A stretch of 64,000 bases of DNA from positions 30,616 through 94,615 of the forward strand of contig JAZQKB010000022.1 in the NCBI GenBank assembly GCA_045541975.1, in the 5' to 3' direction. This DNA comes from Clostridia bacterium (lineage in GTDB: Bacteria; Bacillota; Clostridia; UMGS1840). Both the position numbers and the translations under genes were made by a program. Within the stretch, counting starts at the first letter, position 1, and every line of letters begins with the position of its first letter. The notes beneath the pieces were generated by a model, which saw only the letters and a program-made list of their open reading frames with translations, was not told the origin of the DNA and did no database searches. Below are positions 57,267-64,000 of the stretch, piece after piece.

Positions 57267-58022
57267 GTGTTTGAAAAAGTAGACGTGCTTGGCGCAAAGA
57301 TTTCCAATGCAACGATTTCCGAAATTGTTGCAAAAATCATTTTCCGCATCAAAAACGGGGAAAGCACAGTGGTATATACCCCTAATTCCGAAATTATTGA
57401 ACAGTTTCGCAAGGATGCCTCTTTGTTGGAACTGTTAAACTCTGCCGATATTTTAACGGCGGACGGCATCGGCGTGGTAAAAGGTGCCAAAATGCTTGGT
57501 ACTCCCTTAAAAGAACGTGCTGCGGGATATGATATTGCCTGCAAACTGTTGGAGGAAGGTGCCAAAGAGGGGATTTCTTTCTATCTGTTTGGCTCCCGGG
57601 AAGAAGTGTGTGCCAAAGCGAAGGAAAACCTTTTGCAAAAATATCCCGGCATTCAGATTGTTGGCACGCAGAACGGATTTTTCCAAGAACCTGTGGGTGA
57701 AAAAATTGCTGCAGCTAAGCCACAGGTGGTGTTCGTTTGCCTAGGAGCAAAAAAACAGGAGCAATGGATTTATGATAACAAGCATTTATTCCAAGCAACT
57801 GCATTTTTAGGTATCGGCGGAAGTATGGACGTGTTTGCCGGCGTTGTGAAACGTGCACCGGATTTTTTCATTAAATTGCATCTGGAATGGTTCTACCGTT
57901 TATGCAAGCAACCCAGCCGATTTATCAGAATGTTGGCATTACCCAGATTTTTATGGCAGATTCTTTTAGAAAAACGCAGACGGCAACGTCTGGCAAAAGA
58001 AAATAAACAAAAAGGAGCGTAA
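57267..58022 (+). CDS. WecB/TagA/CpsF family glycosyltransferase
   Basis: TPN.E, ADGIGVV, ER.AG.D, LGA.KQE.WI, GGSMDV and KRAP motifs. GTG 57267 follows GGGAGG; promoter TTGCAT-17-TATAAT at 57197-57225. Confidence 0.92.
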   Translation: MFEKVDVLGAKISNATISEIVAKIIFRIKNGESTVVYTPNSEIIEQFRKDASLLELLNSADILTADGIGVVKGAKMLGTPLKERAAGYDIACKLLEEGAKEGISFYLFGSREEVCAKAKENLLQKYPGIQIVGTQNGFFQEPVGEKIAAAKPQVVFVCLGAKKQEQWIYDNKHLFQATAFLGIGGSMDVFAGVVKRAPDFFIKLHLEWFYRLCKQPSRFIRMLALPRFLWQILLEKRRRQRLAKENKQKGA

Positions 58023-58028
58023 CAAAAC

Positions 58029-58763
58029 ATGTTAAAAGTTATTTTAATTTCTCACACTCCCAATCCTGAAAAAGTGGTAGCTGCAGCTGCTAAAATGTGT
58101 TATTCCAACAGTGGCGCAGTAAACATCTTAGATAAACTGGACGACGAAAAAACTGCCAAATTTTTAGAGCATTTAACAGCGATGGGGCATGAAAGTCCCT
58201 TAGAACACATTACCTTCACTTTTGCAGTGGAAGGTGTCAGCCGTGCTTTGCTGGCGCAACTCACCCGTCACAGAATGGCATCGTACAGTGTAAAATCTCA
58301 GCGTTATGTGGAGGAAGCAAATTTTGAATACATCACTCCTCCTGAAATTTTGGAAAATCCCGATGCCAAAGCTCTCTATGATGAAACTATGGCAAAAATC
58401 GGTGATGCCTATGAACAGCTTACTGAAGTGTTGTATCAGAAACACGTGCAGAATATGGACGAAAAAGCTGCCAAGAAAAAAGCCATTGAGGATGCCCGTT
58501 TTGTGCTTCCCAATGCTTGCGAAACAAAACTGATTATGACCTTTAACGCTAGAAGTTTATTAAATTTCTTTCAGCTTCGTTGTTGTAACCGTGCGCAATG
58601 GGAAATTCAGGCGTTGGCAGATGCCATCTTGTGGAAAGTGCGGGAAGTAGCACCGATTATTTTTTCACACGCAGGTCCCAAATGTGTGAACGGAGCCTGT
58701 CCCGAAGGTAATATGAGCTGCGGGAAACGTGCCGAAATGCAGCAACGTTACCGTATGAAATAA
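58029..58763 (+). CDS. thyX: FAD-dependent thymidylate synthase
   Basis: GHESPLEH, RHRMASYSVKSQRY, EDARFVLPNA and AQWEI motifs. Confidence 0.96.
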   Translation: MLKVILISHTPNPEKVVAAAAKMCYSNSGAVNILDKLDDEKTAKFLEHLTAMGHESPLEHITFTFAVEGVSRALLAQLTRHRMASYSVKSQRYVEEANFEYITPPEILENPDAKALYDETMAKIGDAYEQLTEVLYQKHVQNMDEKAAKKKAIEDARFVLPNACETKLIMTFNARSLLNFFQLRCCNRAQWEIQALADAILWKVREVAPIIFSHAGPKCVNGACPEGNMSCGKRAEMQQRYRMK

Positions 58764-58778
58764 AAAGGAGAAGACTTC

Positions 58779-59717
58779 ATGGAGCTTTTAGTAGCCCTGT
58801 TTTTCGGTGCTGTGCAGGGAATGACAGAATTTTTGCCCATTTCGGGTGGCGGTCACCTTGCAATGATACAAAATTTTAATCAGACATTGTTTGGCGTGGA
58901 GCTGTTTGCCCCTACGCTGACTTTTGATATTTTGCTCCGTCTGGGAGTGCTATTAGCGATTATCTTTGTGTTTTTTTCCGATATCAAACGGCTTTTTAGA
59001 GAATTGATTCTGTGTGTAAAGGAGATTTTTCACAAACGGTTTTCCTTACATACCAACCGTCCGTACCGACAGTTTTTATATATGCTGACAGTGACGATGC
59101 TGTTTCTGATTCCTGCCGTATTTGTAATGGACTATCTGGAAAGCAACTTGTCGAAACTGACGGTGATTGCGTTTACTCTGATGTTAACCGGGGTTGCAAA
59201 CATCTTAATTGATACCGTTGATGCCAGAAGAATCAAAAAAGCAATGTTATCTCATCCGGAAGAAACGGAAGCGATTTCTAAGCCGTCGCCCGAAAGCAGA
59301 AATCCTGCCGCTGTCCCCGTTGCAGATGCAAGCCACCCCAAACAGTTTCTTCGACAGGGAGCTGTTGTTGGCATTTTTCAGCTGATATCGGTGATTCCGG
59401 GAATTTCCCGATGTGCTTTAACGGTGATGGGCGGTTTGATGGCAGGGTTTCGGAAAGACTTTGCAGTAAAGTATGCGTTTCTTTCGGCAATTCCGGTGCT
59501 TACCGTTAAAATTTTATTGCAAACCGTAACCGTATTGCAGGATGGGATTCGGATGAACTGGATTCCCTACCTTTTAGGGATGATTGCTGCTTTTATCAGT
59601 GGAGTTCTGTCGATTGCACTGATGCGCAAGGCAATTCGTAAAAACTGGTGTAAACGGTTTGGCATTTACTGTTTCTTCATCGGAATTATTATTCTGATGA
59701 TTCAACTCAGAGGATAG
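58779..59717 (+). CDS. UppP/BacA-family protein with degenerate catalytic motifs
   Basis: QGMTEFLPISGGGH and PGISRCALT, against canonical (Q/E)GLTEFLP(V/I)SS(S/T)GH and PGxSRSGxT. Confidence 0.85.
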   Translation: MELLVALFFGAVQGMTEFLPISGGGHLAMIQNFNQTLFGVELFAPTLTFDILLRLGVLLAIIFVFFSDIKRLFRELILCVKEIFHKRFSLHTNRPYRQFLYMLTVTMLFLIPAVFVMDYLESNLSKLTVIAFTLMLTGVANILIDTVDARRIKKAMLSHPEETEAISKPSPESRNPAAVPVADASHPKQFLRQGAVVGIFQLISVIPGISRCALTVMGGLMAGFRKDFAVKYAFLSAIPVLTVKILLQTVTVLQDGIRMNWIPYLLGMIAAFISGVLSIALMRKAIRKNWCKRFGIYCFFIGIIILMIQLRG

Positions 59718-59732
59718 AAAGGATAAATTTTC

Positions 59733-62090
59733 ATGGCAATTAAGAAAAAAAAGACATCCCGCTCTGCAAAACGGGTTTCCAGAATTGCACCGCAGAAAAA
59801 AGATAAGAAAATCAAACTGGATCCTCAGGTTTCCTTTGTGATTAAGTTATTATGCGGGATTGCATTGCTGATTTATATGTTCTTAAGTGTATACACTGAT
59901 CTGGCAGGGGGGCTTGGTTCCTTTTTCAGATGGCTTTTATGTGCATTGTTTGGAGAAGGTGCATTCTATATTCCCTTAATCACCGTTTATGCAGTGGTGA
60001 TGGGTTGCATCTATATGAAAACCGGTGACGGATTGGGTAAAATCATTACTGCAATTGTCCTGATGCCTGTGGTTTCTATGGGATTGCACGTATTGTGTGG
60101 ATGCCAGGTTTCCAGCTTATCTCTCGGTAATTGGGGTGCCATTACTGCTGATGCTCAACTGGGTTTAAACGGCGGTCTGTTCGGTACCTATCTTGGCGCA
60201 TTGGTTCGCGGTTTGTTAGGCGAATGGGGTGCTATTATCTTTGTTGTGTTAGCAATGCTATTCTGTCTCTTTGTCATGTTTAACGAAATTGTTGCTGCCG
60301 GATTTTCCAGACTTTTCACTTGGCTCGGGAAAAAACTGCGTCAGGAAAAGACCTCCAAGGTGTTCCGTGTGCCTGGGGTGAAAGCGGATAAGGTCCGTTC
60401 TGAAGACGTGATTCAGAAGGAAATTGAAAAAACCACGTTGGATGTTCCCATTACCATGGAAGCACCGGATCATGCAGACGTGATTATTGAAAAATTTGCA
60501 TCCCCGGAAGACCAGATGAAAAATCCTGAAATTACTCCCGAACCGGTGGTAGCTGCCGAAGCTAACCGAAAACCGGCATTAAGCAATCAGGAAATTGAAA
60601 CCGTTGCGCAGGAACTGAATGAAGCAAAAGAGCAGGAAGTGAAAGAATATATCTATCCCTCTTTGGATTTTCTCAATAAAGGAACAAACCGTCCTACCGG
60701 TTTATCCAAAGAAGAACTGAACGAAAATGCTATCCGTTTGGTATCCACGATGCGGGAGTTTGGTGTAGAAGCAGAAGTGGTCAGCGTGCAGGAAGGCCCC
60801 TCTGTAACCCGATATGAAATCCGTCCCCAGGTAGGGGTTAAAATCTCCAAAATTATGGGATTAAGTGAAGATATTGCTCTTCGTATGGCAGCCAAAGGAA
60901 TCCGTATTGCACCCGTTCCCGGAAAAACCGTGATCGGGGTGGAAATTGCCAACCAGAAGGTAATGCCCGTTTTCGTGCGTGACGTTATTGCATCTCCCGA
61001 ATTTATGGAGCATAAATCCAAAGTGTCTTTCGCAGTTGGGAAAGATATTGCAGGCACAACTGTGGTGGGTGACATTGCCAAAATGCCTCACTGTCTGATT
61101 GCCGGAGCAACCGGTTCCGGTAAGAGTGTATGCATTAACTCTCTGATTACTTCTATCTTGTATAAAGCAAGTCCGGAAGAAGTTAAAATGATTATGATTG
61201 ACCCCAAAGTGGTGGAATTATCTGTTTATAACGGTATTCCTCATCTGCTGATTCCTGTGGTAACAGATCCCAGAAAAGCTGCAGGTGCCTTAAACTGGGC
61301 GGTTATGGAAATGCTCAACCGCTATAATCTGTTTGAAAAAGCCAACGTTCGTGACTTAGATAGCTACAATGAGCATCAGATTGCCAACGGCGAAAATACG
61401 CTGCCTAAAATTGTAATTATTGTGGACGAGCTTGCCGACTTGATGATGGCATCTCCCAAGGAAGTAGAAGAATACATCTGCCGTCTGGCACAGCTTGCCA
61501 GAGCAGCAGGCATGCATTTGATTATTGCAACTCAACGTCCCTCCGTGGATGTTATCACGGGTCTTATCAAAGCAAATATGCCGTCTCGTATTGCATTTGC
61601 GGTATCCTCCCAGATTGACTCCAGAACCATTTTGGATATGGGCGGAGCAGAAAAACTTCTGGGAAAAGGGGATATGCTGTACGCTCCTATCGGAGAATCC
61701 AAACCTATCCGTGTGCAAGGTGCTTTAATCACGGACAAAGAAGTGGAACAGATTGTTGATTTCTTAAAACAGAACACAGAAGTTTCTTATGATGACGACG
61801 TGATTTCCCATATTGAAACTGCAGGTACCAAAGACGGTCCTTCTTCTGTTAGTGATGGCGGTGATGCAGACCAGATGCTTCCTGATTGTATCGAATTTGT
61901 GGTAGAATTGGGAGAAGCTTCTGTTTCCAAACTACAGCGTCGGTTCAAACTGGGATATTCCAGAGCTGCGCGCATTGTGGACCAGATGGAAGACAGAGGT
62001 ATTGTGGGTCCTTCGGAAGGCAGCAAACCCAGACAGGTATTAATGACCAAAGAACAGTACTACGAAATGAAATTAAACGAAGGAATTTAA
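59733..62090 (+). CDS. ftsK: DNA translocase FtsK/SpoIIIE
   Basis: N-terminal TM helices, GPSVTRYE, HCLIAGATGSGKS, QRPSVDVITG and gamma domain LQRRFKLGYSRAAR. Confidence 0.96.
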   Translation: MAIKKKKTSRSAKRVSRIAPQKKDKKIKLDPQVSFVIKLLCGIALLIYMFLSVYTDLAGGLGSFFRWLLCALFGEGAFYIPLITVYAVVMGCIYMKTGDGLGKIITAIVLMPVVSMGLHVLCGCQVSSLSLGNWGAITADAQLGLNGGLFGTYLGALVRGLLGEWGAIIFVVLAMLFCLFVMFNEIVAAGFSRLFTWLGKKLRQEKTSKVFRVPGVKADKVRSEDVIQKEIEKTTLDVPITMEAPDHADVIIEKFASPEDQMKNPEITPEPVVAAEANRKPALSNQEIETVAQELNEAKEQEVKEYIYPSLDFLNKGTNRPTGLSKEELNENAIRLVSTMREFGVEAEVVSVQEGPSVTRYEIRPQVGVKISKIMGLSEDIALRMAAKGIRIAPVPGKTVIGVEIANQKVMPVFVRDVIASPEFMEHKSKVSFAVGKDIAGTTVVGDIAKMPHCLIAGATGSGKSVCINSLITSILYKASPEEVKMIMIDPKVVELSVYNGIPHLLIPVVTDPRKAAGALNWAVMEMLNRYNLFEKANVRDLDSYNEHQIANGENTLPKIVIIVDELADLMMASPKEVEEYICRLAQLARAAGMHLIIATQRPSVDVITGLIKANMPSRIAFAVSSQIDSRTILDMGGAEKLLGKGDMLYAPIGESKPIRVQGALITDKEVEQIVDFLKQNTEVSYDDDVISHIETAGTKDGPSSVSDGGDADQMLPDCIEFVVELGEASVSKLQRRFKLGYSRAARIVDQMEDRGIVGPSEGSKPRQVLMTKEQYYEMKLNEGI

Positions 62091-62108
62091 TTCCCGAAAG
62101 GAACAGCT

Positions 62109-63818
62109 TTGAAACATCCTTTTTATTTTGACGGTGCATTCGGAACCTATTACGCCGAACTCTATAAGACTGATGAACCCTGTGAGCTTGCGAATGTGAA
62201 TCATCCCCAGCGGGTGGCAAACATTCACAGGGAGTATATTCGTGCGGGTGTTGATGCTATCAAAACCAACACGTTTGGGGTAAATCATTCGTTAGCTGAT
62301 GAAGAAACCGTGGTTTCTCTTTTGAAAACAGGGTATCAGATTGCCTGCGAAAGTGCGCAGGGAACAAATGTGCAAGTTTTTTGCGATATCGGTTATATCG
62401 ACGGAGAAGAGAGCGAAGCGGAATATAAACGGAATGTAGACGTGTTTCTTTCCTTGGGTGCCAAATACTTTTTATTTGAAACCCTGCAGGAGTACGGCTT
62501 TTTAGGAAACGTAATTTCCTATCTGAAAAAGAGGGAGCCTTCTGCAACCGTTTTGGTATCCTTCAGCGTTTCGCAGGATGGCTATACCAAAAAAGGATAT
62601 CATTACAAGAATCTTTTAAAACAAGCGGCAAAAGATGCCGATATTGTAGGATTAAACTGTCAGTGCGGTCCCGCTCATCTGTACCGTTTGATTAGTCAAC
62701 TTAATTTAACGGATTATCCGTCTTTTTCGGCAATGCCCAATGCCGGATATCCGCAGTCTGTAAACGGACGGACTGTTTATTCCAATAATATTTCCTACTA
62801 CAGTGAAAAACTGCTTGCCATCGCATCCTTGGGCGTTCCCGTACTTGGCGGTTGCTGTGGTACCACACCTGCCCATTTAGAGGCAGTGATTGGTGGTGTG
62901 ATTCCCACTGCCGAAACAGTTGTTGTTTTGGAACAGTCCAAAACAACAGCGCAGAAGAACAGCTTATTGGAGTATTTTAAGAGTGGGAAAAAGATACTGG
63001 CAGTCGAAATTGATCCTCCTGTGGATACAGATGTTTCTTTTTTGATGTCGGCATCCCAACAAATAAAGCAGGCTGGTGCTCACGTGATTACCGTAGCGGA
63101 TTCACCGTTAGCTCGTACCCGTGCAGACAGTTTGATGCTTGCGGCTAAAATCAAGCGTGATATTGATATTGATGTGTTGCCTCATTTGTGTTGCCGTGAT
63201 AAAAATTCAATCGCAATCAGAAGCTCTCTGATTGGAGCTAATATTGAGAATGTCAATAATGTGCTGGTGGTGACCGGAGACCCGATTTCCCGTAATGACG
63301 GCGGTGTTTTTCAGTTCAATTCTTATACGTTGATGAATCTGATTTCCAACTTAAATCAGGAGATTTTTCATGAAAATCCATATACTGTTTGCGGTGCATT
63401 AAATGTGAATGCCTTGCATTTTGAAGCAGAACTTGCCCGTGCGAAAACCAAAATTGCATCAGGGGCCAAAGTGTTTTTGACTCAGCCGATTTTTTCCCGG
63501 CAGGCAGTGCGAAATTTTCATCTTGCAAAAAAGGAGCTGGATGGTTATCTTCTGGCGGGTATTCTTCCCATTGCCGGTTGGAAAAACGCCCTGTTTCTCA
63601 ATAACGAAGTGTCTGGCATCGAAATCCCTACGGATTTTATCGAAGCGCTAAAAGAAATGCCACCTGAACAAGTAGCGAATGCAGTTGTGGATTACAGTAT
63701 GGATATCATCCGTCAGGTATATGATGTTGCAGACGGTTTTTATATTATGACGCCACTTCGGAAAACTGAATTGGTGGCAAACTTACTGTCTCGGATAAAA
63801 GCTTTGAAAGAAGGTTAG
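62109..63818 (+). CDS. Bifunctional homocysteine S-methyltransferase / 5,10-methylene-THF reductase (YitJ-like)
   Basis: FDGA.GT, TNTFG, GLNC, PNAG and GGCCGT motifs; MTHFR part VEIDPP, ADSP.AR, H..CRD.N and TQP. Confidence 0.9.
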   Translation: MKHPFYFDGAFGTYYAELYKTDEPCELANVNHPQRVANIHREYIRAGVDAIKTNTFGVNHSLADEETVVSLLKTGYQIACESAQGTNVQVFCDIGYIDGEESEAEYKRNVDVFLSLGAKYFLFETLQEYGFLGNVISYLKKREPSATVLVSFSVSQDGYTKKGYHYKNLLKQAAKDADIVGLNCQCGPAHLYRLISQLNLTDYPSFSAMPNAGYPQSVNGRTVYSNNISYYSEKLLAIASLGVPVLGGCCGTTPAHLEAVIGGVIPTAETVVVLEQSKTTAQKNSLLEYFKSGKKILAVEIDPPVDTDVSFLMSASQQIKQAGAHVITVADSPLARTRADSLMLAAKIKRDIDIDVLPHLCCRDKNSIAIRSSLIGANIENVNNVLVVTGDPISRNDGGVFQFNSYTLMNLISNLNQEIFHENPYTVCGALNVNALHFEAELARAKTKIASGAKVFLTQPIFSRQAVRNFHLAKKELDGYLLAGILPIAGWKNALFLNNEVSGIEIPTDFIEALKEMPPEQVANAVVDYSMDIIRQVYDVADGFYIMTPLRKTELVANLLSRIKALKEG

Positions 63819-63825
63819 TAAACAA

Positions 63826-64000
63826 ATGTTAATCATTTCCGAAAAATTAAATAGTTCTATTCCGTCCGTGTTGGAAGCGTTTCAGCGGAAAAATGATGAA
63901 TTGTTAATAGAACTGATCAAAAAACAAGAGGATGCAGGTGCAACCTATATTGATATTAACACTGCCGTGTTGCAGGAAGCGGAATTAGAAACGATGCTTT
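63826..64000 (+). CDS. Pterin-binding methyltetrahydrofolate:corrinoid methyltransferase (AcsE/MetH domain-like), 3'-truncated
   Basis: MLIISEKLNSSIPSV..A...K.......KQ.DAGATYIDIN. Confidence 0.75.
   Translation, partial: MLIISEKLNSSIPSVLEAFQRKNDELLIELIKKQEDAGATYIDINTAVLQEAELETML

Overview
This is core chromosome from a spore-forming Clostridia (Bacillota) bacterium. It holds about 70 CDSs, mostly on the + strand. Housekeeping genes include rplU-prp-rpmA, lexA/yneA-like, sua5-rimI-tsaD, ymfF/H, lgt, dprA-topA-trmFO, pncB, recG, cysS, thyX, ftsK and mnmE. Sporulation genes include spoIVFA/FB, the full spoIIIAA-AH operon, spmAB and several small forespore or mother-cell genes with recognisable sigmaE/F/G/K-like promoters. 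I saw no rRNA, tRNA, CRISPR array, integrase or transposase. The most notable item is an intact, stand-alone 622-aa phage-portal-like gene with its own promoter, lodged between spoIIIAH and yaaL. An equally isolated amidase plus BhlA-holin lysis cassette sits 26 kb away, which suggests a domesticated, dispersed phage-derived (GTA-like) system. Other points: hairpins that overlap sigmaE promoters and would hide the RBS only in read-through mRNA; an in-frame fusion of a GT-C membrane glycosyltransferase to CysE; an orphan SCIFF peptide; a UppP lacking its catalytic serine; three tandem PHP paralogs; several small ORFs missed by the ORF track; and widespread break-up of normally conserved operons. 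All family assignments come from recognising motifs by eye, with no database search.
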